Part shown: piece by piece, positions 47,768 to 58,174 of the stretch | Layout of the letters: each line of letters begins with the position of its first letter | How positions within the stretch are numbered: position 1 is the first letter of the stretch | Position numbers and translations under genes: made by a program | Notes under the pieces: model-generated | Seen by the model: the letters and a program-made list of their open reading frames with translations, nothing else | Databases searched by the model: none | Told to the model about the DNA's origin: nothing | NCBI GenBank assembly: GCA_041690135.1 | Contig: JAWLHY010000013.1 | Location: 202,306-266,305, forward strand | Direction: 5' to 3' | Source of the DNA: Armatimonadota bacterium | Lineage (GTDB): Bacteria > Armatimonadota > SYMT01 | Length of the DNA: 64,000 nt

Positions 47768-48672
47768 AGGAACGGGCGCGCGAGCGCCGGAAAACGATCC
47801 AGGGGCTGCTGTTCATCTCGCCCTGGCTGATCGGCTTCCTGATCTTCACGCTGTACCCAATCACGGCGTCGCTCTACTACAGTTTCTGCGACTTCCGGGT
47901 GCTGACCCCGCCGCGCTGGATCGGCTGGGGCAATTTCCAGGCGCTCCTTACGGACCGCGACTATTTCTTGCCCTCCCTCTACAATACGCTCTTCATGCTG
48001 GGAGAGCTGCCGGTGGCGCTGGTGCTCGGCGTGGGAATGGCGCTGCTGCTGAACCAGCGCCTGCCGGGGATCGGCTTGTTCCGCACCCTCTATTACGTGC
48101 CCTCCGTGATGCCCACGGTGGCGGTCGCCGTGCTCTGGATGTGGATCTTGAACCCGGAGTATGGATTGGTCAACGCGGCGCTGCGACCGGTGCTCGCGCC
48201 GCTGGGTCTGCAGGCGCCGGGTTGGCTGGCGGATCCGGCGTGGTCGAAACCGGCCTTCATGCTGATGGACCTCTGGGCGGTGGGGGGCAGCGTGGTGATC
48301 TACCTGGCGGGTCTCCAGGGGATTTCTCCTCACCTGTATGAAGCGGCGGAGCTGGACGGAGCGGGCGCCTGGCAGAAGACTCGCCACGTCACTCTCCCGC
48401 AGCTCTCCCCGGTCATCTTTTACAACCTGATCATCGGAGTGATCGCCACGTTCCAATACTTCACCCAGACCTTCATCATGACGAACGGGGGCCCGCAAAA
48501 CTCGACCCTCTTCTATTCGCTGCACCTGTTCCACAACGCGTTCCGCGACTTCCGGATGGGACAGGCGTGCGCGATGGCCTGGATCCTGTTCCTGATAACC
48601 CTGGGAGCCACGGTGGCCCTGTTCCGCTCCTCCGCCCGGTGGGTCTACTACGAGGGGGAGCGCGGCGGATGA
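47764..48672 (+). CDS. Sugar ABC transporter permease
   Basis: EAA loop LYEAAELDGA. Confidence 0.93.
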   Translation: MKERARERRKTIQGLLFISPWLIGFLIFTLYPITASLYYSFCDFRVLTPPRWIGWGNFQALLTDRDYFLPSLYNTLFMLGELPVALVLGVGMALLLNQRLPGIGLFRTLYYVPSVMPTVAVAVLWMWILNPEYGLVNAALRPVLAPLGLQAPGWLADPAWSKPAFMLMDLWAVGGSVVIYLAGLQGISPHLYEAAELDGAGAWQKTRHVTLPQLSPVIFYNLIIGVIATFQYFTQTFIMTNGGPQNSTLFYSLHLFHNAFRDFRMGQACAMAWILFLITLGATVALFRSSARWVYYEGERGG

Positions 48673-49514
48673 GGATCGGCTCTCGCATTCTCCAGCGGCG
48701 GGCCGGGCTCGCGGCGGCGCTGGCAGCCCTGGTCCTTCTGGGCGCATTGTTTATTGCGCCGTTCGCCTTCATGGTCTCCACCTCGCTAAAGCCGGAAGAC
48801 CGCATCTTTTCGGAGACGGTGGAGTGGATTCCCCGCTCGCCCGTCTGGGCCAACTACGCGGCAGCCCTGGAGGCATTCCCGTTCCTGCTCTATCTCCGGA
48901 ATACGCTGCTGGTTTGTGGCCTCACGGTCGTGGGGACCCTCCTCTCCTCCTCGCTGCCCGCCTACGGCTTCTCCCGGCTCCGGTGGCGCGGACGCGATCC
49001 CCTGTTCTTCGTGATGCTCGCCACGCTGATGCTGCCGGTCCAGGTAACGATGCTCCCGCAGTTTCTGATGTTCCGGAACCTGGGATGGACGGGCACCTTC
49101 CTGCCGCTGGTGGTGCCGCCGTTCTTTGGGAACGCCTTCGCCATCTTCCTGCTCCGGCAGTTCTTCCTCTCCATCCCCCAGGAACTCTCCGACGCGGCGC
49201 GGCTCGACGGCTGCTCGGAGGCGCGGATCCTCTGGCAGATCGTGGCTCCGCTTTCCCGGCCCGCCCTGGTAACGGTAGGTCTGTTCGCCTTCATTGGAGC
49301 CTGGACCGACTTTCTCAACCCACTGGTTTACCTGACGGACGAGAGCACCTACACGCTGGCTCTGGGACTGCAGACCTTCATCGGCCGCCACAGCTCGGAG
49401 TGGCATCTCCTCATGGCGGCGGCCACGGTGGTCACCCTGCCGCTGATGGTGGTCTTCTTCCTGGCACAAAAAACCTTCATCCAGGGGATATCCCTGGGAG
49501 GCGTAAAGGGTTAA
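48669..49514 (+). CDS. Sugar ABC transporter permease
   Basis: IPQELSDAARLDG. Confidence 0.93.
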   Translation: MRIGSRILQRRAGLAAALAALVLLGALFIAPFAFMVSTSLKPEDRIFSETVEWIPRSPVWANYAAALEAFPFLLYLRNTLLVCGLTVVGTLLSSSLPAYGFSRLRWRGRDPLFFVMLATLMLPVQVTMLPQFLMFRNLGWTGTFLPLVVPPFFGNAFAIFLLRQFFLSIPQELSDAARLDGCSEARILWQIVAPLSRPALVTVGLFAFIGAWTDFLNPLVYLTDESTYTLALGLQTFIGRHSSEWHLLMAAATVVTLPLMVVFFLAQKTFIQGISLGGVKG

Positions 49515-49518
49515 TCCC

Positions 49519-50145
49519 TTATGCTCGACCTGTAAGGAAGTCCCGCAACAGGAGTAAGCCATCCCGAAGGGCCCATTCGGCTCGCAAACGCGGTGTGCGG
49601 TTGCGCCGGCACTCCCATGCCGGGCTGGGATAGGGCTCCAGCCCGGCTTTGCGGAAGTTCCGGGTGGCCCGCAGGAGGTGATAGGGATCGCTCACCACGA
49701 CGATCCGTCGCCAGCCGCGCTCCCTGCAGATGCCGGCGGCGTTGACGGCGTTCTCCCAGGTACTGGTGGAGCGCATTTCCAGCACCAACGCCTTTGCGGG
49801 TACGCCGAGATTCCGCGCGAGTTCGGCGGCGACTTCCGCCTCGGAAGGGGGATGCTCCCCCACCCCGCCCGTGCACACGATCGCGGGCGCCAGGCCGCGG
49901 TGGTAGAGCTCCACCGCTCGCAGGGTGCGCGCGCGGAGGCTGTCCCCGGCCTGCCCCCCATTGAGCACTCGCGCGCCCAGGACGACGATGGCATCCGCCG
50001 GTCGTGCTCGGTCCACCTGACCGTAGGAGTCGACCCAGGAAGCGGTCACAGCGCTTCCGAGCGCGAGCAGCCCTGCTGCTGTAAGCAGCCGCCGCCGCCG
50101 CACCCGTTCTCCCTCGGATTTTGCGTCTTGCCCGTTTCCATTCAT
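49519..50145 (-). CDS. YdcF/DUF218 family protein
   Basis: IVVLG, TGG, SEA, STSTWENA, SDPYHLLRA. Confidence 0.9.
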   Translation of the reverse strand: MNGNGQDAKSEGERVRRRRLLTAAGLLALGSAVTASWVDSYGQVDRARPADAIVVLGARVLNGGQAGDSLRARTLRAVELYHRGLAPAIVCTGGVGEHPPSEAEVAAELARNLGVPAKALVLEMRSTSTWENAVNAAGICRERGWRRIVVVSDPYHLLRATRNFRKAGLEPYPSPAWECRRNRTPRLRAEWALRDGLLLLRDFLTGRA

Positions 50146-50206
50146 TCCATACTTCTTGTGCCCGAACCGCCGCAGGGAGTTCAGGTGGACCCGTTCGGGC
50201 GTGAAT

Positions 50207-50236
50207 CTTAAATCAGGACTAATCGTCGTTTAAATC
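50207..50236 (+). promoter_or_regulatory. Pho-box-like direct repeats (11-bp period)
   Basis: CTTAAATC (50207), ACTAATCG (50218), TTTAAATC (50229), upstream of DUF47-pit. Confidence 0.5.
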
Positions 50237-50312
50237 TTTCTGCTAGACTTTCGAGGAGGCCGTCCGCCCGGGAAGTCTGGCCTTTCTGTAACCCCGGGGG
50301 TCCGCACCTGAT

Positions 50313-50936
50313 ATGAGACTGCTGCCCCAGAATACTCGCTTCTTCGATCTGTTTGATCAACACAGCGCGACCCTGACCGCAATGGCGCGGCAGCTCCGCG
50401 ATCTCTTCCATCACTTCGACCGCCTCGAGGAACGCCAGGCCGCGATCAAAGACCTGGAGCACACCTGTGACCAGATCACGCACGACCTGGCCACGGCGAT
50501 GCATGCCACGTTTGTGACCCCGCTGGACAAAGAGGACATCGCGGACCTTGCCAGCGGTCTCGACGACATCGCGGATTATGCCGATGCCGCGGCGGTGCGC
50601 GTGGTCCTCTACCAGATCCCGGAGAGCACGCCGGAAGCCCGGCAACTCGCGGACCTGCTCCAGCAGACGGTGGAGACCCTGGCTACCGCTGTGACTTCCC
50701 TGCGCGACGCAAAGTCCCGCACGAAGATCATCGGCGCCTGCCGGGACATCCATCGCCTGGAGAATGAGAGCGACGCCGTCTATCGCACCGCCATGGGCAA
50801 GCTCTTCAACACGCCGGGAATCGATCCCATCATGGTGCTCAAGTGGAAAGAAATCTACGAGCGCCTGGAGATGGCGGTCGATCAGTGTGAAGACGTCTCC
50901 AACATTCTCGAGGCGATCCAGCTCAAGTACTCCTGA
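50313..50936 (+). CDS. DUF47 phosphate transport regulator (PhoU-like)
   Basis: EHTCD..TH, FVTPLDKEDI, LENESD; overlaps pit. Confidence 0.92.
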   Translation: MRLLPQNTRFFDLFDQHSATLTAMARQLRDLFHHFDRLEERQAAIKDLEHTCDQITHDLATAMHATFVTPLDKEDIADLASGLDDIADYADAAAVRVVLYQIPESTPEARQLADLLQQTVETLATAVTSLRDAKSRTKIIGACRDIHRLENESDAVYRTAMGKLFNTPGIDPIMVLKWKEIYERLEMAVDQCEDVSNILEAIQLKYS

Positions 50937-52090
50937 TGACACCCCTGCTCCTTCTCGTCATCCTCGTCATCGTACTGGCGCTGGCGTTCGACTACAGCAA
51001 CGGCTTCCACGACGCCGCCAATTCGATCGCCACCATCGTCGCCACCCGGGTCCTGCGTCCCGGACAGGCCGTCGCCTGGGCCGCCTTCTTCAATTTCGTC
51101 GCGGCTTTCACCTTCGAGCCGGCAGTGGCGAAAACGATCGGTAAGGGAACGGTTGATCCGCAGTTCGTGGACGTCTACGTGATCCTTTCGTGCCTGGTAG
51201 GCGCCATCGGGTGGAACATCACGACGTGGTGGCTGGGCCTGCCGACCAGTTCCTCGCACGCGCTGGTGGGCGGCCTGGTGGGCGCGGCCATGGTCAAGGC
51301 GGGGCCGGAAGCGATCGTGGGGCCGGGTCTCGGTCGCACCGCCGCTTTTATCATTGTGGCGCCGCTGCTCGGAATGACTATCGGCATCGCTCTGATGACG
51401 CTCTCCGTCGCGCTTCTGCGGAATGTCCACCCCGGACCGGCGAACCGGTGGTCCCGCCGCCTGCAGTTGCTTTCCTCGGCTTTCTACTCGCTCGGACACG
51501 GGCTCAACGATGCGCAGAAGACGATGGGCATCATCGCGGTGCTGCTGGTGAGCATGCGGTCGCAGGTCCCAGAGTTGCAAACTGCTCCCGCCTGGTTCAT
51601 GCCGCCGGATGATCTGGAGCACATTCCCTGGTGGATCATCCTCTCGGCCCATGCAGCCATCGCCCTCGGCACCATGTCGGGCGGCTGGCGCATCGTGAAG
51701 ACAATGGGGATGCGCATCACGGAGCTCCAGCCGCTCGGAGGTGTGTGCGCGGAGACGGCCGGGGCCATCACCCTGGTGCTGGCCTCGCGAGCCGGGATTC
51801 CGGTGAGCACGACCCACACCATCACCGGCGCCATCGTGGGAGTGGGTGCCAGCCGTCGACTATCGGCGGTCCGCTGGGGCGTGGCCGGCACCATCGTCTG
51901 GGCCTGGATCCTCACCATTCCCGCCGCGGCGGCGATGGCCGCCCTCACCTATCTGCTGGTCACCGTCGTCTGGCCAAGCCTTCCGCTGATCGGCCAGGCC
52001 CTCATGGGAACCGTCATCGCCGGCCTCTTGCTCTACAGCTTCTTCCTTTGGTTGCGGAGCACCACGACTGGAAAGCCGGCTCACGCCTAG
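50936..52090 (+). CDS. pit: Inorganic phosphate transporter (PiT family)
   Basis: NGFHDAAN, GLPTSSSH, HGLNDAQK, PVSTTH. Confidence 0.95.
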   Translation: MTPLLLLVILVIVLALAFDYSNGFHDAANSIATIVATRVLRPGQAVAWAAFFNFVAAFTFEPAVAKTIGKGTVDPQFVDVYVILSCLVGAIGWNITTWWLGLPTSSSHALVGGLVGAAMVKAGPEAIVGPGLGRTAAFIIVAPLLGMTIGIALMTLSVALLRNVHPGPANRWSRRLQLLSSAFYSLGHGLNDAQKTMGIIAVLLVSMRSQVPELQTAPAWFMPPDDLEHIPWWIILSAHAAIALGTMSGGWRIVKTMGMRITELQPLGGVCAETAGAITLVLASRAGIPVSTTHTITGAIVGVGASRRLSAVRWGVAGTIVWAWILTIPAAAAMAALTYLLVTVVWPSLPLIGQALMGTVIAGLLLYSFFLWLRSTTTGKPAHA

Positions 52091-52250
52091 GAATGCTGGA
52101 CTTCGCATCAACTTGCTCGTGTAGGATACGTTTCCTGCAGCCTAACTACTCTTTGCGCGCGGAGCCCACGCAGGCTTGCGCCCCGAGGGGGTGTGGGCTT
52201 CGTGTCGTTTCAGCCCGCGGTTTTAACCGCGGGGAGCGAAGTTAACGGGT

Positions 52251-53987
52251 TCAGGGGCAGCGCGGAAACGCGAGATAGAACGTGCTGCCCCGCCCCAGCG
52301 AACTCTCCACCCACACGCGCCCGCCCTGCGCCTCGGTGAGGTGCCGCACGATCGAAAGGCCCAGGCCGCTGCCGCCCATCTCCCGGCTGCGGGCCTTATC
52401 CACCCGATAGAACCGCTCAAAGATCCGGGGAAGGTCCTCCTCGGGAATACCCGGTCCGTCGTCGGCCACGTACACCACCACCTGGCTCCCCTCGCTGCGG
52501 CTGCCGATGCGCACGGTCCCACCGGAGGCGTAGCGGACGGCATTGTCCGCCAGGTTTCGGATGCATTGACCCAGAGCGAAACGGTCGGCGAGCACGCCCG
52601 TGTCCGCAAACTCTTCCAGCACCAGCCGGGTGTCCGTGTCCTGTGCCACGGGCTCTACCAGCCGGACGATGTCCTGAGCGACTTCTTTCGGGTCCAGCGC
52701 TTCTAGTTGCAGTCGCAGTTGACCGGCTTCCGTCTGCGCGAGGAGCAGGAGATCCGCCACGAGGCACTCTACCCGACCGCATTCAGTGACGATGCGGGGC
52801 AGGTATTCCGCCGCCAGTTCCGGTCGCTTCGCGCTCCGGAGCTGGAGCGTCTCCGCAAGGGCCCGGATCGCCGCGACGGGCGTGCGCAACTCATGACTGA
52901 CGTTCGCCACGAAGTCGCGTCGCATGTCGTCCGTCCGCCGTAGTTCGGTCACGTCCTGAAGGATCACGACCGCGCCTGCCGGCTCATTCTTCACTGCCAG
53001 GGCGCCCACGGCGACCCGGAGAACCCGGTTATTGGCGGTACGGACCTCGACGGTCCCTCCCCGGCCCCCCTCCAGGACGGAGCTGACCTCGCGGTCGAGA
53101 GAATAGTTCAACACGACTGCCAGCACCCGCCGGCCGACGATCCGATCGCCGGTGAGGCCCAGGAGCGCCTCCGCCGCTTCATTGGCCCGCGTGATCGTAC
53201 CCCGCGAGTCCAGCACCAGCAGCCCCTCCGGCATCTGGCGGATCACGGCGTCGAGATGGCCCTGGGCATTGTCGAGCCGCCGCACGTGGGTGTTCAGCCG
53301 TTCGACCATTTCATTGAAGGTCTTGCCGAGGCGCCGCACCACCTCGGGTCCGTCCGGCAGTACGTGGGCGTTGGGATCGCCAGCCGAGAAGCGGGCGGCG
53401 GCGGCGGAAAGAGCATCGATCGGCGTCACAACCTGGCGGTCCAGGCGACTGGTCAGGTAGAGCAGGATGCCGACCACGACCAGCACCCCGAACACCACGG
53501 TGAGTTGCGTGCGCCGGATCTGTTCCTGGATTGAGGAGACGGGCACCGCGGCACGGTAGATCCGCTGTTCGGGACCTTCACCCCGGGAGATCGCCAGGTA
53601 TCGCATCGGTATACCGAGGGTGGGGCTGCTCCGCTCGACCGCGCCAATCCCCACGCGGATGGCGCGCTGAATCTCCGGACGATCGACGTGGTTTTCCATC
53701 CTCCCGGGTTGCGACTCCGTGTCGCCGAGCACTTCGCCGGTGGGACGGATGATCGTAAGGCGCACGTCTAGATCTCGATCGAGCTTCTCGAGCTTCTCCT
53801 GGAGCACTCCGTCCGCCTGATCTTCGAGTAGGCTGCTAACGAGCGAAACGGTAACGCGTAGCGATTCGTCCAGTCTTTCTCGACCGTGAATCGCCTGGTC
53901 CCGCATCAGGAAGACCACCAGGCCAACCAGGGGCAGTACCGTCGCTAGGAGAACGTTGCGAAGCAGAAGTGCGCGGAAGGATGTCAT
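52251..53987 (-). CDS. phoR: PhoR-like sensor histidine kinase (HAMP-PAS-HisKA-HATPase)
   Basis: FVANVSHELRTP, IFERFYRVDKARSR, GGSGLGL. Confidence 0.85.
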   Translation of the reverse strand: MTSFRALLLRNVLLATVLPLVGLVVFLMRDQAIHGRERLDESLRVTVSLVSSLLEDQADGVLQEKLEKLDRDLDVRLTIIRPTGEVLGDTESQPGRMENHVDRPEIQRAIRVGIGAVERSSPTLGIPMRYLAISRGEGPEQRIYRAAVPVSSIQEQIRRTQLTVVFGVLVVVGILLYLTSRLDRQVVTPIDALSAAAARFSAGDPNAHVLPDGPEVVRRLGKTFNEMVERLNTHVRRLDNAQGHLDAVIRQMPEGLLVLDSRGTITRANEAAEALLGLTGDRIVGRRVLAVVLNYSLDREVSSVLEGGRGGTVEVRTANNRVLRVAVGALAVKNEPAGAVVILQDVTELRRTDDMRRDFVANVSHELRTPVAAIRALAETLQLRSAKRPELAAEYLPRIVTECGRVECLVADLLLLAQTEAGQLRLQLEALDPKEVAQDIVRLVEPVAQDTDTRLVLEEFADTGVLADRFALGQCIRNLADNAVRYASGGTVRIGSRSEGSQVVVYVADDGPGIPEEDLPRIFERFYRVDKARSREMGGSGLGLSIVRHLTEAQGGRVWVESSLGRGSTFYLAFPRCP

Positions 53988-54268
53988 ATCGGTTTGGACG
54001 GCCGGTTCTAATCCCCCGGCCGAACCCAGAATCAGCAGAAGTGCTCAGGCCGTCAGGATCACGGCACGCGGTCCGAAATACTATTCCCCCTATCCTATCA
54101 GCCAGCGCCGGATGGCGCCGAGGCCTTTCCTTAAACGAACCTGAAACGCCCTGGGAGCAGGTGGAGGCCGCCGGTGACATTTCGACGGCGGCTCCCGTAT
54201 GCACTGTAGAACACCTGTCGATAGGATGCATAGAGGACGCCGATGATGGGTGAACGCAGGAGTGTCAG

Positions 54269-54814
54269 ATGAAGTCTCGCGTATTTAGCACCGGTATCGG
54301 CGTGGCGGTACTCGCCCTGGTTGCCGCCGTTCCTTTCCTCTCCAGCATACGTGCCGCGGCGCAGGAGGCTCCGAAGCAAGCCTCCGTATCGGCGGTAGAT
54401 GGCAAGGCGCTCAAGAAAGCGCTCGAGGACCACAAGGGGAAGGTGGTCGTACTCAACTTCTGGGCCACCTGGTGCGGCCCTTGTGTGGATGAGTTCCCGG
54501 ACCTGGTGAAGCTCCACGATCAGTACGCGGACAAGGGCCTGGTGGTCCTCGGCGTCTCCATGGACGAGCCGGATGATCTTGGCAAGGTCGTCGACTTTGC
54601 ACAGAAGCAGAAGGCCGGCTTCCCCATCTTTGTCCGCAAGAACGGAAGCATCGAGAAGTACGTGACCCCAATCGACAAGGGCTGGCAGGGCGTGATCCCC
54701 ACCACGTACATCTACGACCGCGCGGGCAAGCGGGTCGGAAAGCCGCTGGTCGGCCTCAAGTCCTACGACGACTTCGTGAAGGCCGTCGAGCCCCTCCTCC
54801 CGCCCGCGAAGTAA
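54269..54814 (+). CDS. TlpA-like thiol-disulfide oxidoreductase
   Basis: NFWATWCGPC; signal peptide. Confidence 0.92.
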   Translation: MKSRVFSTGIGVAVLALVAAVPFLSSIRAAAQEAPKQASVSAVDGKALKKALEDHKGKVVVLNFWATWCGPCVDEFPDLVKLHDQYADKGLVVLGVSMDEPDDLGKVVDFAQKQKAGFPIFVRKNGSIEKYVTPIDKGWQGVIPTTYIYDRAGKRVGKPLVGLKSYDDFVKAVEPLLPPAK

Positions 54815-54838
54815 CCCCGCCGGAAGCCAAAGGTTCCA

Positions 54839-54872
54839 GAAAAGGGGAGAGCCAACCCGCTCTCCCCTTCTT
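54839..54872. terminator. Rho-independent terminator, probably bidirectional
   Basis: AAGGGGAGAGC/GCTCTCCCCTT hairpin with an A-run on the left. Confidence 0.75.
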
Positions 54873-55190
54873 ACATGGTAAACCCCTGAGGCACCTGCGG
54901 CCCAGCGACCCAGGAGGCCCTAAGTGCCAGAAGCCAGTCCAGCCAAACGGTACGCAAATGTGAACCATGACGGAGTCCCGCTGGAAGGCGGGCCTTCGCG
55001 CCACTGGACACGGAACCCGGAGTGACCAACGTGTCGCCTCGTAAAGACGGAGCTCCGGTCGGTGGTTGAAATGGGACACTGACCGAACGCCAATCGCCCC
55101 CACCTCTCCACATCCGAACCGGAAGCCGGCCGCATTTCATGGATATAGGTTCTGTAGCCTTGCGGTATTCCGCGGTCCCGCGGTGGCTAA

Positions 55191-55525
55191 GGGGTGCATC
55201 CGGTAAGTCTGTAACGGTTTTCTATCCACCACTGGTGAAGTGGTTCGGGCTGGTGCCGCGCCACGTGCACCCTGGACAGTAGGGAATGTGACGCCGTTCC
55301 ATTCCGCAGGCACCAAAGTTGAACCCGTGGGGCCAAACCGGACCCTTCCTGACACAGGTTGGCTACGAGTGGTCAGGGCGGGATCAGCCCCAGGACGGCG
55401 GAACGCTGCGGCGAGACGTTCCCTACAGGTACTGCATTCGAAGGTATAGTGGGCGGGACCTGACCGACACCGCCGGACGTGGTCGGCGATGTGCAAATCT
55501 GATTGCCACTTACCAGATGCGCCAC
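55191..55525. mobile_element. MITE (335 bp), copy 2, more degenerate
   Basis: GGGGTGCATCCGGTAAGT...ACTTACCAGATGCGCCAC; interior colinear with 39614-39949; flanks TAA/TAT. Confidence 0.85.
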
Positions 55526-55592
55526 TATGGGGTTGGGAAAAGTATCTGAGCAGTCCTGACTACGCGGTCCCGGTTTGCAGGAGTTGAATGTG

Positions 55593-56252
55593 ATGAAAGC
55601 ACGCATTGCTGCCTGCGCGCTTCTGCTCCTCTGCGCAGCCGCCGGCGTAGACCATCTCCAGCGCATCGGCAATCAAGCGCCGGCCGAAGAGCGAAGGGAA
55701 CCGCGTGCCCAGCGCCGGTCGCCCGTCCTCGTGCACCAAGGTCTCGCGTTGCGCCAGGCCTGCTCCGCCGCTGGGATCACCTATCCTCCGCGCTCTCTCC
55801 GCGTGGAGATCCGCAAGGTGGATCGAGTTCTCGCCCTCTACTCTGCGAGTACCCTGATTAAGGAATACGAGGTCGCCCTGGGTGGGAAACCGGAAGGCGA
55901 CAAGCAGCGCGAAGGAGACCGCCGGACGCCCGAAGGAGACTTCTACATCTGCACGCGGCTTCCGCAGAGCCGCTTCCACCGTTTCTTGGGGATCAGCTAT
56001 CCCGCGCCGGACGACGCGCGCATCGCCCTGGCCACCGGCCGGATCACCAGGGATCAGGAGCGAGCCATCGCGGCGGCCCATCGTGGGAAGCGGCAGCCCC
56101 CGTGGAAGACGGCGCTTGGCGGCGAGATCGGCATCCATGGAGGGGGAACGGGCAAAGACTGGACCCTCGGTTGCATCGCCCTCGCCAACGGGGATATCGA
56201 CGAACTCTTCCCCCTACTGTCCCTCGGCACCCCCGTCACCCTCCACCCCTAA
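55593..56252 (+). CDS. L,D-transpeptidase (YkuD) family protein
   Basis: GDKQREGDRRTPEG, IGIHGG..WTLGC. Confidence 0.9.
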   Translation: MKARIAACALLLLCAAAGVDHLQRIGNQAPAEERREPRAQRRSPVLVHQGLALRQACSAAGITYPPRSLRVEIRKVDRVLALYSASTLIKEYEVALGGKPEGDKQREGDRRTPEGDFYICTRLPQSRFHRFLGISYPAPDDARIALATGRITRDQERAIAAAHRGKRQPPWKTALGGEIGIHGGGTGKDWTLGCIALANGDIDELFPLLSLGTPVTLHP

Positions 56253-56329
56253 CCAATCCGAGCGCCAGCCCCCTCGGCACTGTTCCAACCCCTACTCCTA
56301 CTCTTACTCCACCACTACCCTTCCGCAGA

Positions 56330-57163
56330 TCAATGCGCCCAGGGATGCTCGCCCCCATCGATGACGATCACCTGGCCACTCACGTACTGGGACTCCGGAG
56401 CCGCAATGAACGCTACCGCCGCCGCCACCTCGGAAGGCTGTCCGTAGCGGGCCAGGGTACCCTCTTCCACGAGGCGGTTGTCGTCGATCTGGTGGATCGT
56501 GAGGAACCGTTGGGTAACGGTGCCGCCGGGGGAGATGCAATTGACGGTGATGTTGTCCGGCCGGAGTTGAAAGGCGAGACAGCGCGTGTAGTGGTGGACT
56601 CCCGCCTTGGCGACCGCATAGATGGCGCCCGCCTCGCGACCGTAGGTGCCGGCCGTGCTGCCGATGTTGATGATCCGGCCGTCGCGCCGCTCGCGCATCT
56701 CCGGAGCCACCTCGCGGCAGCACAGAATACAGCTCAGCAGGTTGCGGTCGAGCACGGCCCGGATGTCGCTCACCGAGATGTTCAGGCAGTCGTCGCCTTC
56801 CGGGCGCCCGCCGCGGCCCACGTCCGTCCCACCCGCCCCGATGTCGCCCCCGGCGCAATTGACGAGGATGTCGATCCGTCCGTAAGCGCTCCGGATCTCT
56901 CCGGCGATGCGCGCGACCTCGGCTTCATCCGTTACGTCGCCCCACACCGCCAGGGCCTCGCCGCCCGCCGCCGTGGCGATATCACGGGCCACCTGCTCCA
57001 TCGACTCACCTTCACCGAAGGCCCGGGGAGAGTCGGGACGGGTCCCATGTACGGCCACGACCGCTCCGTCGCGGCACAACCGCTCCACCAGTACCCGGCC
57101 GATTCCGCGCGAAGAACCGGTGACCCAGGCAATCTTTCCTTTCAGGGGCTGTTGTTCGCTCAC
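56330..57163 (-). CDS. SDR oxidoreductase
   Basis: TGSSRGIG, YAVAK. Confidence 0.92.
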   Translation of the reverse strand: MSEQQPLKGKIAWVTGSSRGIGRVLVERLCRDGAVVAVHGTRPDSPRAFGEGESMEQVARDIATAAGGEALAVWGDVTDEAEVARIAGEIRSAYGRIDILVNCAGGDIGAGGTDVGRGGRPEGDDCLNISVSDIRAVLDRNLLSCILCCREVAPEMRERRDGRIINIGSTAGTYGREAGAIYAVAKAGVHHYTRCLAFQLRPDNITVNCISPGGTVTQRFLTIHQIDDNRLVEEGTLARYGQPSEVAAAVAFIAAPESQYVSGQVIVIDGGEHPWAH

Positions 57164-57184
57164 AGGTTCACCTCCGCCTTTCGT

Positions 57185-58159
57185 TTAACGTGGACAGACC
57201 GCGGGTTCGAGAACCGTTACGCTGCGGTGATCCGCATCCAGGCGGACGCGGCAGCCGACGGGCAGCGGTACGGGGCTCGGGTCGTGACCGTGCGGCCATG
57301 CATAGACCATCGGCTTACCCAACGGCTCGAGGATATCCCGGTAAACCTGGTCGAGGGGAAGGTAGCGCGCCCGCTCCTCTTCCGTCGCCTCGTATGGCGC
57401 GTTCCCGATCAAGAAGCCCGTGACGTGGTCGAACTTACCGGCCAGCAGGAGCTGCATCAGGTAACGCTCCATGCGGGCCGGAGACTCGTGCACGTCCTCA
57501 AAGAAAAAGATGCTGCCGTCCGTCTCGACCTCGAAGGGGGTACCGAGGGTAGCCACGACCAGAGAAAGCGTGCCACCCACGCAGGGGCCCTCCGCCACCC
57601 CGCCGACCAGCGTGATCGCATCCACCACCCGCGGGTCGATCAGCTCTCCCGCGGGAGCCGGATCGCACACCAGCTTCCAGAGGAGCTCCAGGCAGGAAGG
57701 CCACGGATCGTAGGCGAAGTCAGAGCTCACCATGGGTGCGAAGAAGGTCGGCATGCGGCACATCTTCAGCAGCGCCAGTTCCACGCTGGTGATGTCGCTG
57801 TAGCCCAGGAACGGTTTGGGATGTGCGGCCAGCAGGTCCCAGTTCAGGTACCGCAGGAGACGGATCGAGCCGCTGCCTCCGCGGGCACAGAGAACGGCGT
57901 CGATATCGTCGCGGACGAACATCTCGTGGAGGTCGTCGGCGCGCGCTTCGTCCTTTCCGGCCAGGTGCCCGTACCGGTCGAACACGCGGTCTCCCACCAC
58001 AACCTGGAAGCCCTGCTGCCGCACCGCTGCCAGGCCGCGCTCGAACACCTCCCGGTTGACCGGGCTCGCGGGGGACACCACGCCGATGGTCCCTCCCCGT
58101 GGGAGCGCGCGGGGCAGATTCAATCTCGTTTCGTTGTCTCTCGTTTGCAAAGCACCCAT
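57185..58159 (-). CDS. LD-carboxypeptidase (S66 family)
   Basis: RGGSG, GYSDIT, FFEDV, HGH. Confidence 0.92.
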   Translation of the reverse strand: MGALQTRDNETRLNLPRALPRGGTIGVVSPASPVNREVFERGLAAVRQQGFQVVVGDRVFDRYGHLAGKDEARADDLHEMFVRDDIDAVLCARGGSGSIRLLRYLNWDLLAAHPKPFLGYSDITSVELALLKMCRMPTFFAPMVSSDFAYDPWPSCLELLWKLVCDPAPAGELIDPRVVDAITLVGGVAEGPCVGGTLSLVVATLGTPFEVETDGSIFFFEDVHESPARMERYLMQLLLAGKFDHVTGFLIGNAPYEATEEERARYLPLDQVYRDILEPLGKPMVYAWPHGHDPSPVPLPVGCRVRLDADHRSVTVLEPAVCPR

Positions 58160-58174
58160 TCCAACGGGTCATTC

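Noticed and set aside
55075-55105. Minus-strand GGGGCGATTGGCGTTCGG as a tmRNA or 6S RNA 5' end
   Set aside because: No matching T arm/CCA end, tag ORF or long 6S-type duplex was found.
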